Source: Sminthopsis crassicaudata (lineage: Eukaryota). Taken from it: a stretch of DNA of 64,000 nt. The notes below the pieces were generated by a model. That model searched no databases. It was not told the DNA's origin and worked only from the letters and a program-made list of their open reading frames with translations. The stretch's first letter is position 1. Each line of letters starts with the position of its first letter. The stretch lies in the NCBI RefSeq assembly GCF_048593235.1, contig NC_133619.1, forward strand, positions 63,502,454 to 63,566,453, written 5' to 3'. Below are positions 1-13,689 of the stretch, piece by piece. A program made the translations under genes and the position numbers.

Positions 1-299
1 TTAATAGGTCATGAAAAAGTCCCATAAAAACCAAAATATTAGCAAAATAAATTTTGTGCTAACAAAGAGCACGAAAGATGATGTTCACTGACTTAAGAGA
101 TGGCTAAACATAATATAGAGGGAAAAATCATATGTCTTAAGAAACAGAATCTGAAGAATTCACAAGTATAGGAAGACATAGGAACTGAAGCAAAGTATAC
201 AGAACTAGGAGAACAAAACAATGACAATGAAGCAAATTGAACAAAGAGGGGTAGAACTCATGGTCAAAAGACAAGAACAAATAGCTCTCAGAATCTGAC

Positions 300-700
300 T
301 ATTTTAATGACCATGTGAAAAAATGTTTCAAATCAAATGATAAGAGAAATGTAAATCAAAACAACCCAGAGGATTCATTTTGCCTCCTGAAAACTGGCAA
401 AAAACAACAGATGGAATAGTTGATGTTGGTGGGGTTGTGGTCAGAAAGGCATAATAATAATGTGGGAGATGGAGCTGGGAAAGATTACAACTCTTCTGGA
501 AAACCATTAAGGAATATGTCAATCAAGTAGCTAAAATGTTTCAGGCATCTTAACCCAGAGATACATACAGACCCTTCAAAAAGGTCACTGACAGAAAGAC
601 TCCATGTAACACGAAAATATCTAGAGCGTGAGCATTTTGGGAGTAGCAAAAAACTGGAAACAAAGTAGACGTCAACCAATTAAAGAAAGACTAAAGAAAT
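300..700 (+). mobile_element. Old decayed L1 ORF2 3' fragment
   Basis: A-rich, with degenerate L1 ORF2 C-terminal motifs (aaatgtaaatcaaaacaac..., aaaaaactggaaacaaagtaga). Confidence 0.55.
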
Positions 701-719
701 TGTGCCACATTAAGGTAGT

Positions 720-930
720 GAAATAATACTGTGATATAGAAGCAGATAATGGATAGAGAGCCAGACCTCGAATGAGAAAGCCCTGTGCTGTGTTTTACCT
801 CTAGCCAGCTAGCTATATCCCTGGGCTTGGGATATCTGTAAAATGAGCTGGAGAAGGAAATGGCAAACTACTGCAGTATTTTTGCAAAGAAAACCTCAAA
901 TGAGGTCACAAAAAGTCAGACACAACTGAT
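720..930 (+). mobile_element. MIR/Mar1-type SINE with L3-derived tail
   Basis: atggatagagagccagacc...atctgtaaaatgagctggagaaggaaatggcaaactactgcagtatttttgc. Confidence 0.65.
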
Positions 931-1499
931 GACAAATATAAGAAATTACAGAAATGATAAATACAGAGAAGTGTGAAATAAGAAAATCAAATTTATATTG
1001 TTTCCTTTTTGTAATTTATTCTGTATCACTGACAACATTTCATATACTGCCTAAGCCATGCTTCTTTGTCTCTAAGTTAATTGCACAAGTTCAGCTTTCC
1101 TCTCTTGAATTAAGTTCAGAAATTCAGTTTTCTGGTAATCATTATTCTATCCTTGTGTCAAGGGAATCTGTTGTCCTTGCAGGTGGTTGCCAAAAATTCT
1201 GGTCTGTTATTTTTGCAACACTGACTATCATTCAAGAAAGTCTGATCTGTTATCACTGTGACATTAGCCATGCAGATGGACACTACCAATGAACTTTCTA
1301 CAGTGGGGGAAAAAAAATAGGGGTTGTTTCAACCCCTGTATTCCAGACTTCCATCCAGTCATATTGTTTTCCTCATCAAAGATACTACCTTTTAGCTTTT
1401 GAAGGATCTTACTTTTGTCTGTAAAAATGACAAGTCTAAACAACTGGAAAAATATCAATTGCTTATGAGTAGGCTGAGATAATATAATAAAAATAACAG

Positions 1500-3350
1500 T
1501 TCTACCTAAAATAATTTACTTCTTCAGTGTCATACCAAACTACCAAAAATTATTTTGCAGAATTAGAATAAAAAACAAAATTTACCTGGAAGAACAAAAG
1601 TCAAGAATATCAAGGGAATTAATGGGGCGAAAAAGTGTAAAGGGATGTGGCCTAGCGGTACCAGATCTAAAACTGCATTATAAAATGGCAATCATCAAAA
1701 CTATTTGGTACTGATTAAGAAATAAGAGTGGAGGATCAGTGGAATAGATTCGGTACACAGGACACAATAATCAGTGACAATAGTAATTTACTGTTTGACA
1801 AATCCAAAGGTGCCAGCTTCTGCGATAAAAAATCACTATTTGACAAAAACTGCTGAGAAACGTAGAAAATAGTATAGACCAACATCTTATCCCTATACCA
1901 ACAGAAGGTCAAAACAGGGAAATGATTTAGACATAAAGGGTGATATTATAAGCGAAGTAGAAGAGCAAGAAGTAGTTTACCCATCAGATTTTTGGAGAAG
2001 GATTACATTAAAATTTTTTTTTGAAGCAGTTGGGGTTAAGTGACTTGCCCAGAGTCACATAGCTAGAAAATGTTGAGTGTCTGAGATGGGATTTGAACTT
2101 AGGTCCTCCTGACTTCAGGCCACTGCTTTATCTACTGCACCATCTAGCTGCCCTTGATTACATTAAATTAAAAAGGGTTTCCACAAATAAAGGCAATGTA
2201 ACCAAAATTTGAAGAGAAAGAAGACCAAAGAAATCACAAAAGAGAGGAAAAGAATCCACATATGCAAAAGTGTTTGTAGCAGTTCTTTTTGTGGTGATAA
2301 AGAATTGATAGAGGCCTTATTATTAAAATATAGAAAGAACTGAGTCAAATCTATAAGAAAACAAGTCATTCCCCAATTAATAAATGGTCAAAGAATATGA
2401 ACAGGCAGTTTTCAGATGGAGAAATTTAAACTCTATTTAACTACAGTCATATGAAAAAGTGCTCTAAATTGTTACAAATTAGAGAAATGCAAATTAAAAC
2501 TCTGAGGTACTACCTCATACCTATCAGATTGGCTAACATCATAGAAAGGAAAATTATAATAGTTGGAGAGGATGTGGGAAATTGGAACACCAATGCATTG
2601 TTGGTGGAGTTGTGAATTGATCCAGCCATTCTGGAGAGCAAGTTGGAACTATGCCCAGAGCACTAAAAAATGGTGCATACTTTTTGATGCAACAAAACCA
2701 CTACTAGCTCTGAATCCAGTCATAAAAAAGGGAAAAGGAATCTCATGTACAAAAATATAGATAACACTTCTTTTTTTTTTGGTACAAAGAATTGGAAATT
2801 AAGGGAATGCCATCAATTAGGAAATGACTGAACTAACTGTGGTATGGGAATGTAATAAAACTCTTGTGCTACAAGAAATGAGGAACAGGTAGATTTCAGA
2901 AAAACTTGGAGAGATTTAGATGAATTGTTATTAAATGAAATGTGCAGAACTAGCTAGGAGAACAACTCTATGTGATGATCAACTTTGATAGATTTAGCTC
3001 TTCTCATCAATACAATTCCTGAAGACTTATGATAGAAAATGCTATCCACATCCACAGAATTATAGTCTGAATGCAAATCAAAGCATACTATTTTCACTTT
3101 GTTTTTTTATTTTCTTGGGTTTTTCTTTCCTTGTGGTCTTTCCCTTTTTTTTTTCTGATTTATCTTTCATAACATGTCTAATACGGAAATGTTTAATATG
3201 TTTATAAACATACAATATAGCCTATATTGGATTGCTTGCCATGTTGAGGAGGAAGAATAATTTGGAACTCAAAATGCTACAAACATCAGTGTTGAAAACT
3301 CTTTACATGTAATTGTAAAAAAACCAAAATGCTATTAAGTGCAAAAGAAA
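1500..3350 (+). mobile_element. L1 3' portion (ORF2 C-terminus + 3'UTR), decayed, interrupted by a SINE
   Basis: gtaccagatctaaaactgcattataaa, gatcagtggaataga, agagaaatgcaaattaaaactctgaggtac, ending in the marsupial L1 tail gttgaaaactctttacatg. Confidence 0.85.
2013..2155 (-). mobile_element. WSINE1-like tRNA-derived SINE inserted in an L1
   Basis: SINE consensus on the minus strand; 12-bp TSD GATTACATTAAA (2001-2012, 2156-2167). Confidence 0.88.
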
Positions 3351-3863
3351 TTATCTATCTTCCCTTGTTACAGATCTTTTTGCTTGGGGAGAAGCTAAAG
3401 ATCCTTTTTATTAATACTTGTTAGCCTTACCAATGAAGTAAATGAAGTAAACGTGCTCAGAATTCTGTCCCTGGGTTTATCTTGATTTTTAATTTTAACA
3501 GCAATAAATGGAATCCCAGAAAATTATATAATAACGCAAACACAAAATAATAAAAAATTAATAAGAAAAATTATAAAGAATAGTCATAGTCCCCAAGAAA
3601 GATATGAGACAATACCTCATTTCATTCCTTTGCAGAAGTGGGAGGAGGAGATGAATCAAGGATCTGGAATATTGTATACATTATCTTGTTGCTGCTGTTG
3701 TTGTATTGATTAAGTTTGGGGGGGATGAATTTTTTTTCCTTTCTTTTATAAGTCCTTAGTTATATAACACTTGATTCTCTGGGAGGAAAAAGGGGAAAGG
3801 ACTATAGGTAGATATTTAGATGATGTAAACAATCAACTTTTTTTCTTAAAGATAAGTTTGATA

Positions 3864-4012
3864 GGGGCAGCTAGGTGGCGCAGTGATTAGAGCACCAGCC
3901 TTGAATTCAGGAGGACTGAAGTTCAAATCTGATCTTAGACACTTAACACTTCCTAGCTATGTGACCCTGGACAAGTCACTTAACCCCAGCGGGGGGGGGG
4001 GGGGGGGGAGAG
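3864..4012 (+). mobile_element. WSINE1-like SINE, young, with poly-G tail
   Basis: GGGGCAGCTAGGTGGCGCAGTG (A box) and GTTCAAATC (B box); 14-bp TSD AGATAAGTTTGATA (3850-3863, 4013-4026). Confidence 0.92.
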
Positions 4013-4539
4013 AGATAAGTTTGATAATAAGGGAAAAAGGAAGGATATATTTGGAAACCAATGAGAAGTAAAATAAAAATTAAGAAATAATGAGAAAGGA
4101 AAACCAAATAGTTGTCTCAGTGATAGATGAATTTCTCACCTCATAAAAATTCAGAGTAAATAAACAGAAGGTATAGAAGGGCTCTGAATCTAAGCTTCGA
4201 TACTTGATGAGCTATAGAAAGCAGGAAGAAATTCTAGTAGGAAATCACACAGTAAAAGTCTGTCAACAAATAAACAATTTGCCAAACTATTTGTCCTTTT
4301 ATCTCTTAAGAAGGTATAAGGTATGGAGGGATGGGAATAAATGTCACCTGCCTTCCTAGAACATGTCCAGGCACATTGAGTATCAAACAGGTGATGTGAA
4401 GATATCTTAGCAACACAATCTGAGCAGCAACTTTAGAGCTATGGAAAGGGAAAATTATTGTATTCAAATCAGGACACTGCACATTAAGAAAAGCTTTGAT
4501 AAACTGAAGAGACGCTTCAAGGGAACATTCAGGGTTATT

Positions 4540-4930
4540 AGGAGGCCTTAACTTCATGTCCTATGAAGAGAAGTTACCAGAGATGGAGCTGTTTAGCCTT
4601 AAGAACAACACTCTGGGGCTCTTGGAAGCTGTGCTCCAGTCTCTGAAGAGTGCTTCAGTGGTAAGAGGATCAGACTTCTTTTTTGCCTCAGAGGACAAAA
4701 ATAAAGTGAGGCATAGAAGCTGCCAAGAAGTAAATTAAGGTTTGGTGTCATGAGAAGCTTCCTGGCTACTAGACTATCCAAAAAAGGACTAGCCTGCCTT
4801 GAGAGGTTTCAACAAATGCCAAACAAACACTTGGTAAGCATGTTTACAGGAGGGATTTCTTCTTTAGATATAAGCTGAACTATGTGGCTGCCAAGGGACC
4901 TTCTCATTCTAAAATTCCACAATGCTATGA
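4540..4930 (+). mobile_element. L3/CR1 3' remnant
   Basis: ggagctgtttagcct...gtgctccagtctctgaag...ttcccttct-type CR1 3' motifs, decayed. Confidence 0.65.
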
Positions 4931-5529
4931 TATGAAGAGGTGCATGAGCTCTTCTACCAAGAAAGATATTAAGAAAGCACAATGTTCTTTAGATGTCACA
5001 TAGGCTCTACAAAAGCTTAAGGGAAAAGGGTATTGTCAATCACCTCTATGACAGATGCAGATGCCTCTATCCTAGTTTCTTCCCTGATCTCTGTTCTCAA
5101 GCCTGTGGGTAGCAGGCTAACAGTTTTCTTCATGCAAAGATTTCTGATAAGGGTCTAACTCTGTCAGGGTTACACTACAAGAAGAAAGATCTTCTCTTCA
5201 TTTCACAGAGGGGTTAACTGAGGCCTGGCATCCAGACTCCAAACTGGACCCTTTCTTCCCCAGTTGCCATTTGTCCTCAGCAGCATCTATCAGCATTCTG
5301 GTCTATTCTCTCTACCTCTAGAGGCTCCAAGTACCATTTCCTCTGAAATCTCATCTCCTGAGCAAGTGAAGAGCCTAAAATTTAAGAAATGGAAGGGAAA
5401 AAAAAAAGAAATTTCAAAACTTAAATGTTTTAAGAAATGAGTCCTTGGCAAAAAATCACAGGTCTAAAACATAAGTTTCAGGAATTCTAAAAACAATACC
5501 CAATTACAAGTTAAGTTTTTTAATGATTT

Positions 5530-5790
5530 CATGACAACTCTGACATCCCATTCCTTCTTTCTATTCAAGCATCCATCACTTTAAGTCAAGTTGTAATTAC
5601 TTCTCACAGAGACTATTACAAAAGCCCTTAAGTGCTCTTTCTACCTCAAGTCTATGCAGTTGCCAAATTTATTTTCCTAAGAGTACAGTTCCTACTACAT
5701 TACTTCCCTGCTCAAAAAGATCTCATGGTTCCTTATTGCTGATAGGATAAATTACAAGCTCCTCTGGCTTGTAATGTCCCTCCTAATCAT
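5530..5790 (+). mobile_element. L2 3' remnant
   Basis: agactattacaaaagccc...cttccctgctcaaaaa...ggataaattacaagctcct resembles the L2 3' end. Confidence 0.55.
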
Positions 5791-8254
5791 GCTCTTCTCT
5801 GGGTAATTCAAAGCAAGCCACTTAAGATTTCTCAAATATCAATGTCATCAAATGTAAAATGTGTTTACTCATATGAAAATTATTATGTACAAGTTATCCA
5901 TTACATTTAAAATATTTGATTTACAAATGTTCATATAACTTTTCAGGAAGCTTTGGTATTTATTTTATAAGTTGTGTTTCCCCAGCAGAATGTAAGCACC
6001 TACAAGGCAATAAATGTCTCATTATTTTATAATTTTGTATCACTAGAATTTGGCATACTACTGATTTCTAGTACACATACTTTCATACTTATAATTATTC
6101 AGACTTTCATACTTATAATTATTTCCTGGAGCAATTCAAATGATTCGTCATGGAATGAATACTCCTTCTACTCACACTTTGAACAGCCTTAATAGTATTT
6201 GTTTTAGAAGATATTACCCAAATAGCATTTTTTTTAACCCAACATGTTATCTTTAGAACCAATCAACATGACAGACATCTTTCTTGAACCTTCCGTGACC
6301 TAGAAGAAGGAAAATCCTTATCTATAAAGGCAAAGGCCTAGAATATCTGGAGCTGGGTCTTCCCACAGCTTTCACAACAGTTTGGAAGAATTTAAAGGCA
6401 CCATAGAAAGTGGACAGAGAGCTGGTCTGGAATCAGGATAACCTAAGGTGTGAGAGCCCTGGCCAAGTCACTTAATAGTGCAGAGGCAAATCTCTAGGCC
6501 TATAAGTTAAAGAGAAGGTGGCCATTGGTAGAAGTTTTCTATACTGATGAAATCACATGTCTAGTCTCTGGTTCCTGATACTACCTCTTTGAATCAGGCT
6601 ATACTAGTGGTCTCCACCCCTTGTACTCCAAGCCTAAGAGTCATCCCTTGGCGTGGTGAAGTAGCAGGCCAAATGCTAATTAAAGTCTTCTATCATCTTA
6701 GCTCCCACTGAATAAGTGATCAAAAAATCCAGTTCAGAAAGTCAACTTTTCCTTCTTCACTCTCAAAACTCATCCAGTCCATTAACCACAAATAAAGGAG
6801 AGATGCTGGAAAAGAGGCCCAATAAGGATTATACAATAAAAATTTTCCTAGCACTACAGATAAAATCCCTTATGACGTCTATCCCCAATTATTTTGTTCT
6901 AATGTAAGTTTGTTTTAAAATACACATATTCTTTGTTCCAGAGAATGGCTTTCTGGGGAGGAGAGGAAGGACATATATTTGGGAATGGAAGTGATATAAA
7001 AACAAAACATAGCAAGTAAAAAAAAAAAACTTTTAAACACATTATCAGAAACCAAACTCCCTATTTACTACCAAGCCAACCCTCTCCCCTCTCCTCACTT
7101 GTGGGATCTAAGTTATTAAGGCAGGCTCTGATATTGTATGATCCCAGGCAAACATAGAGGATTCTGATTATACTTATACAATCTGCCTCCTTGGGTTTTA
7201 GTAAGGTATTGTTTTTATAGGGTTTGTATCAGTAGTTGGGATTCTGAAAGCTGAAGTACATAAAAGGAGTTGAAAGGTAATTACTACTTAATATGAGGAC
7301 CAAAGAAATAAATGGTCTTTTCTTGGGTAAGTTCTCTTTCTGCTTACAAAACATACAGTCCACAAATCCTTTGTGATACAGAGTGGCCAAAGACTTACAT
7401 AGAATTCATTGTAACCAGATGAGTCAAATATTATTTCTATGGGCCAACAACTGGAAATAATTGTTACACTGATCTCTTTTCTTTAAAAAAAAAAAAAAGA
7501 TAAGCCATGTGACCTGTGGGGGTTCGGTTCCCAGGCCAGAATACTATGTACAAGAAGCATCACAGAACACAAGCACATTGAGTAACAATGTTTCTGTAGA
7601 ACAGTGTGTTCAAAGTTCCAACATGGAAGAACTTCACTCATTACAACTCCGGGAGAAAAGTTGGGACTATACACAATGACAAAAAGTTCTTTGCCTACTT
7701 CCTTCAGCTACATTAGAATGAGCCCTGAATAGAAATTCTGACTGCTTTATGGGTCACATAATATGAGAGTGATAAGGAGCTTAGGAAATTATTCTGCTTC
7801 CTCTCTTTTCAGCCAAGGAAAAAGGCCCTGAGAGAGGATTCACTGCCAAGTAAAGGTTGCAACTAACAGAGATTAGGTTCTCTGGCACTCTTAAGATTCA
7901 GGGATTTTTACAGATAAAAGACCCAAGCCAATTAAATTCTCTAGATAAGAAGCCTGCAAATGTTTCAAATACTGCTGTAACAAGGTTTTAAGAAAAGAGA
8001 AGGAAAAGTCCAAAAAAAATCCAAAGTAAAGGGCATAGTTCCGTAAGAAATGATGCCAACTGGCCTGAGATCATTGATATCCATACGCCTTCAAATGATA
8101 CAAAGTTCAGCTTCTAATGGCCTTGATCTTGGTTAATTATCCCCAGTTTGTCCTGCAGAGTTGTTTGCATGTTGTCTTTCCCATTGGACTGAGTTCCTTG
8201 ACAGCAGAGACTAGCTTTGTCCAGTGCTTAGGAAGGAAGGAAAAAAGAATTTAT

Positions 8255-8445
8255 AAAGCTCCTACTATGTGCCAGGCACCAAGTATTTTACAAAGATGAT
8301 TTCAATTGTCCTTCACAATAATCTTAAGTAAGTGTAATTTTTATCTCTATTTTACAATTAAGGAAACGGAGGCAGTCAGTATATTAGTAACTTGCCTAGC
8401 TTACACTGGCATTAAGTTAGCTGAGGAACATCTGGACACAAAACT
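8255..8445 (-). mobile_element. MIR/Mar1 core-SINE
   Basis: cctactatgtgccaggcac...ctattttacaattaaggaaacggaggca core. Confidence 0.65.
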
Positions 8446-8550
8446 TCCAGATTTCAGGCTCAGCACTTTATCTACTAACATCACCAAACTACCTGTATAC
8501 TCAGCACAATATATGACACGTAGGTCACTTACTAATGATTACTGACTCAC

Positions 8551-8679
8551 CTGGCTAAACTCTGTAGCCCAAGGAGTCACCACAGAGTCTCCTATCCTGG
8601 CATTTCTCTAACTCAAGGAGAGTATTGGTCATGATAGGAGTCACAGATTGGCAGATTTAAGAATAACTGAACATTTTCT
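8551..8679 (-). other. Candidate 129-nt 5'UTR exon of the TTLL4-position gene
   Basis: Acceptor ttccctttgtattacag| at 8680 and donor CCAG|GTGAGT at 8550 flank non-repeat sequence. No transcript evidence. Confidence 0.35.
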
Positions 8680-8959
8680 CTGTAATACAAAGGGAATCCT
8701 GAGAAACTTATAGCTTTTCTGACTACTTTGTAACCAGAGTAATGGTAGAAGGGAACATAATCTTCCTTAATCCTTTTTCTTTTCTTTTTCTTAAATAAAG
8801 CCTTTTATTTTCAAAACACATGCATAGATATTTTCAACAGTCACTCTTGCAAAACCTTGTGCTGTAATTTTTTTTCTCCCTCTCTTTCCCCCCACTCCCT
8901 CCCCAGATGGCAAGTAATCTAATATATGTTAAACAGGTGTAATTCTTCTTTACATATCT

Positions 8960-8988
8960 CTGTGTGTGTGTGTATGTGTGTGTGTGTG
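8960..8988. repeat. (TG)n microsatellite
   Basis: tgtgtgtgtgtgtatgtgtgtgtgtgtgt. Confidence 0.9.
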
Positions 8989-8995
8989 TAAACAT

Positions 8996-9136
8996 ATTTT
9001 TTGCTGAGGCAACTGGGATTAAGTGACTTGTCCAGAGTCACACAGCTAGAAGTGTTAAGTGTCTGAGGCCACATTTGAACTCAGATCCTTCTGACTTCAG
9101 GGACAGTCTTCTATCCACTACTCCATCTAGCTGTCC
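8996..9136 (-). mobile_element. WSINE1-like SINE
   Basis: Consensus match (aagtgacttgtccagagtcacacagctag...atttgaactcag); next to a (TG)n tract. Confidence 0.85.
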
Positions 9137-10319
9137 ACATGCATATTTTCTTAATCTTTTTCAATTAAGCAAATTTAATTTGTTGACCTCAAGTGACTAG
9201 ATAAATAGGGCAAAGAATTACACTCACTGGCTAATCTGGCTCTAACATCTGAAAATTGGTCATGGCCCTGAAATACAAGGCATTTGATGATACCAAATAA
9301 GAACAACCAGGTAAGGAATAAAACTTTCTTACTTGAGAACCATAATGCTTTAGGAAAAGAACAAGAGGAAATGGTCTAAAACCAGAGAAACTTCAGTAAG
9401 GATTCTCTGTCACCGAAGGATTATTAGGGAGGTCTGAGATTCTTAAACAGCCCAGGAACAAGAAGCCGTATCATTATGGCATATTAGTTAGTTGATCACT
9501 CTACTGAACTTCACTGATCATTTGAGTCAAGCCTATATTAATCAACAACCAGCACAATCCCCCAAGCTATAAACTTTCTCTCTGACAAACTATTAAATCC
9601 CTCTATTCTAAATTAAAAAAAAACTCTTCATTTGCCTCTTCATATAGTCTATTAGCTCCTTTTTGACTCTTCCTCCTACTTTTCACCTATCTCCATTAGC
9701 CCAGGAGTGAGAACAAGAGTTGAAACCAAACAGAAGGAAGTTCATGGGCCCTTGAAAGTTACAATGAGTTTTGGAACTTGAAATGAAAGGTACAAAATGG
9801 ATCAAAAACACTATACAACGATGTCACTCAACTAATGCTAAGGCTTTTAGAAGTCAAGTACCTCACAGAGTACCTATAGTTTTGGTCTTTATGAAGAATC
9901 AATCTAAGGCTGGCCTACAGGATTACACTCTATGATTAGAGCATCATAAAACATCTGCCAATTCCTGAACATAGTCAATAAGCCAAGAAATCCATTTGAA
10001 TTAAAGGCAAAGGACCTGGGAAAAATCATGGATGAAAAAAAAAAAAGAAAGAAAATTTATATGATCTAAAGGAAAGAATAATACAATGTCCACTTTGAAT
10101 GATTTTAAATTTGTCTGAACAGTAAGTAACCAATCAAAATTCCAAAAGTCTGATCACAGTAAACAAATAAGTTGCTTAAACAAAATACACGGTTTCGTAC
10201 ACAAACCTCTTTTTTTCAACTTTCTTTATCAAAATATTCACGTTTGCTGATGGTTTTCTAGCTCTTAATACAACTTTTTGAGAACCCTGAGGTTTCAATA
10301 CACTTGACAAATTGGCAAA

Positions 10320-10720
10320 GTTGACAAAAAGTCAAAATAGTCCATGTTAGGAGGGTGGTGATAAAACAAGCACATTGTGATCTGAGCTGTGAATTGGTCC
10401 AACAGTTTTGAAGCTAAATTAGAAATTGTTTGTAGAAAATATCTTTAATGTCTATACCCTTTGACCTAGAGATTCCATTGGTTAGCAAATAGTGGTTAGT
10501 AAATAACAAAAAAGGCACTATATATACAAAATGTTTGTAATTACAAAAAACTGGAAACAAAGTAGATGGCCATCAATTGGGAGACTGCTAACCACGTTGT
10601 GCTAGAGTATATGAATGTAACAAAATTACAGTGCCATAAGGAAAAATGATCAATATAGAGAATTACTGGATGAAACATGAACTTATACAAAGTAAACAGA
10701 ACCAGGGAGACAGTATACAC
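10320..10720 (+). mobile_element. Old L1 ORF2 3' fragment
   Basis: Degenerate aaaaactggaaacaaagtagatggccatcaattggg motif. Confidence 0.6.
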
Positions 10721-11559
10721 AAAGACGCATGACAGAACAACTGATCCAGAGTAAATTATGAGCTCTAATGTAGGCCACGGGACTTTTAATTAAAGACTAT
10801 GACTAGGAAAAGATCTATATAGTCTGGCTAGCTAGTTTTAGGGACCCAAAGGGCTCTCTAGGAATCCAAAGATAGCTTACTCTCCTACTTTTAAACAACT
10901 TTGGGGGTATGAACATTGATCTTAATAGGATATAGTTTCTCCAAGTAACCACCAAAGCAAATATAGAAACATTTGTTAAGACTTCACATAGGTGGCAGGT
11001 GAGCCTAACAAAAATAAAATGTTGAAACTATCTTTACATGTATTTGGAAAAACAAAATACTGTCACAGGAATCCAAGGGAAGTCTTTGGATATTAAGGAG
11101 TATTGACAAGTGGGGGGCTGTGGGATGAAATTACAGCAGCATCATGTAAAACTGGGCAACTTGCTGCACACTTTTGGTTGCCTATACTTCCAGAGGTCCT
11201 TCTGCTACCAAATCCACTGTGGCTCTATGCAGCTTCAGAATACAAAGCAAAATTATTTTGCCTTCAGCCTAAGTGTCATGAGTAGGGACTAAGCTTAGAA
11301 AGAAGGGAAACAGGATATTCTCTAAAGCAGAGGCTTCCATACTTTTTTGATCACATGCCTGATTTCTAAAATGTTTTGAAGATGCGAATGTATATATTTA
11401 CTTACTCATATATTATAGATATGTACTACTATATATTATAAAACAAAAAATAAGACAATCTGAGAGGATAAGAAAACTATTTTTTAAATTTAAAAAAAAA
11501 AATCTCCAGTCAATAAGGAGCCACTGTTGTTTATTGAGCAGAAGAATGACATGGAAACT

Positions 11560-11670
11560 GATTTTAGGGAAGATGATGAGACAGACTTGGAGAAGGCTGA
11601 CCAATCAGGAGAGTATGACAGTGGTCCAGGTCAGAAGATGAGGTGGTGGGCATGGCATGCATAAGGGGAA
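11560..11670 (-). mobile_element. L2 remnant
   Basis: Minus strand cctggaccactgtcatactctcctgattggtc resembles the L2 consensus cctggattactgcaacagcctcctaactggtc. Confidence 0.45.
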
Positions 11671-12395
11671 GTTTTCCGTTGGCACTAGCACAGCGGCTCC
11701 TAGCAGTTCCACTATCAATTAAGTTATGATTGTCCTGAAAGACTGCCTCAAGTGAAGGAGGCACTGCGGGGGGGATGGGAAGGGGGAAGTGGTGAAGGTT
11801 AAGATGGGGGTAGTTATATTTAAGACAGTCTCCTGAATGGCTCTGCTGGTAGAGTTACCCACTCCAAAGAGTCTGATCAGCTTGTCCCTCCATTCTGGAG
11901 AATGTTTTATCTTAAAGCCTTTCCTATTGCAGCTCCTTTTGGAGTTTCCTGCAAATTTTAGATTCTTCCCCTTCATGGACTCTTCTGCTCCAGCAAAGCA
12001 TTCACCAAACTCAGCCTTCCTATGTCCTACATTCACACCTTTGCGCAAACTATGTCTCATACCTAGAACCCACTCTTTTCATCTCATCTCCACCTCTTAG
12101 AATCTCTTCAAAAATCCACTTATCCATTATTATTCATATTACCTCCAAAAGAAACATTTTCTGATCCTTTAGCTATCAGTTCTCCCTCCAAGTGTCTACA
12201 TCCCTTCAGCAGAATGTTGCCTCTTGAGGGCAGGGGCCCAATATAGAGCAAAACTGCTCAACAGCTCAAGACAAGAATCCATCAGTTTCCTTACACAAAC
12301 CAGTCTCCAGAGGCCAGGGCCAGTCTAACTGGAACACATTGTTTCTTCCTTTTTCTTTTCCTTTTTTAACATGTGAAGCCAGCATGCCTTTTATC

Positions 12396-12426
<31 letters not shown>

Positions 12427-13410
12427 AAGTGTTTTAATTGATTGTACCACAAAAGAAAAAAAACAAAGATTATTATAAGTCTTGTCTGTGAATTTGCAAG
12501 ATCTTCTTTCTAGAGTACCCAAATCTCTCTACTACATTACTGGAGTATGTGGCTCTTAGGATCCAAAGTTTCTTTTCCCTTCTATCTAGGCATTTTCCAA
12601 GGTCATCAGGGGAATTCTAGACACACATACAAAAAAATGAAAAAATCTGCAATCCACAAGGTCTTTGAAAAATGTTTAGTATTAATAGTCAAGGTAGAAT
12701 TGACTTACCTGGAGATGAGAGTCAAATGGAGTTTGAAAAGAGAAAAGAGAATAAGATCCTATTTTTATTTGAGAGATAATGCCTAGGGTTCTCCTTCAAT
12801 TACAAACGACAAATAGTAAAACAGGAATAAAAAATAAAAATAAAATAAAATAAAAGCAGTGAGCTTCTACAAGCCCAAATAGGGAAGGTGGATCAGGAAC
12901 ATCAGGAGAAAATATACTATTACTGATTTTCCAATGAGTTATCAGGTCTAAAAAAAGGGAATAAACAGAGGTACCCAGAGCTATAGAAGCTAAATCTCCA
13001 AATTAGTGAAAAGGAGCAAAGTTATTCTCAAAAAGTGAACTGCTTTCCCGATCCTAATCCTGGCCTCCCTCAGCCTCATCTCTAACCGCGAGCCAACAAT
13101 TAAATCAAATCTTGTGGAGCCAAGGGTGCCAAGAAGAGAAAGTAAAACTTCAAAACAAAGGGGGAAGCACCCTTTTTACTTAGCATCTCGCTAAATGACC
13201 AAAATAGCCCATAGTGAATCGGGGAAGTAATTACCAGAAACTTCCAGGAACAAGCGATAATTGTAAAAGTACCCTTGAGGTCATGACCCTAAGGAAAAGG
13301 AAAACCCACTTTCATCATTCCCCTTCAACAAATAAAAGACTACCACACAAAGGTCGCAGACACATCCATAATCTGAAGAGAGGGGAAGTGACCCCTTAGA
13401 AAGGAAGAGT

Positions 13411-13516
13411 GGGGCAGCCAGGTGGCGAAGTGCGTAGAGCACAGGCCTCGGGAGGACCTGAGTTCAAATCTAGTCTCAGATACGTAGCACTTTCTAGCAA
13501 TTGCCTCAGGGGGGAA
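13411..13516 (+). mobile_element. Internally deleted WSINE1-like SINE
   Basis: A and B boxes present, central segment missing; TSD AAAGGAAGA(G/A)T at 13400-13410 and 13517-13527. Confidence 0.75.
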
Positions 13517-13689
13517 AAAGGAAGAATGGTCCAAAACGCCACTGGCAAAATTCTCAAACCACAAGGGACCTGACCCCAGGCGAACACTCCCCAGAGAGCC
13601 CCTATCCCAGCTGGCTAGAAAAGAACTAGAACCCCAATTTGCGAAGTCACCCACACTGCCCTCCACTCTGCTCCGAGTCTTAGAGAAGC

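Noticed and set aside
3864-3940. tRNA-like A/B boxes
   Set aside because: They are SINE heads with TSDs and tails, not tRNA genes; no cloverleaf or anticodon arm.
1-13600. Search for TTLL4 coding exons, snoRNAs, NUMTs or processed pseudogenes
   Set aside because: None recognisable by eye; the region reads as repeat-rich intron. An Infernal/Rfam scan and BLASTX would be needed to exclude small RNAs or decayed pseudogenes.
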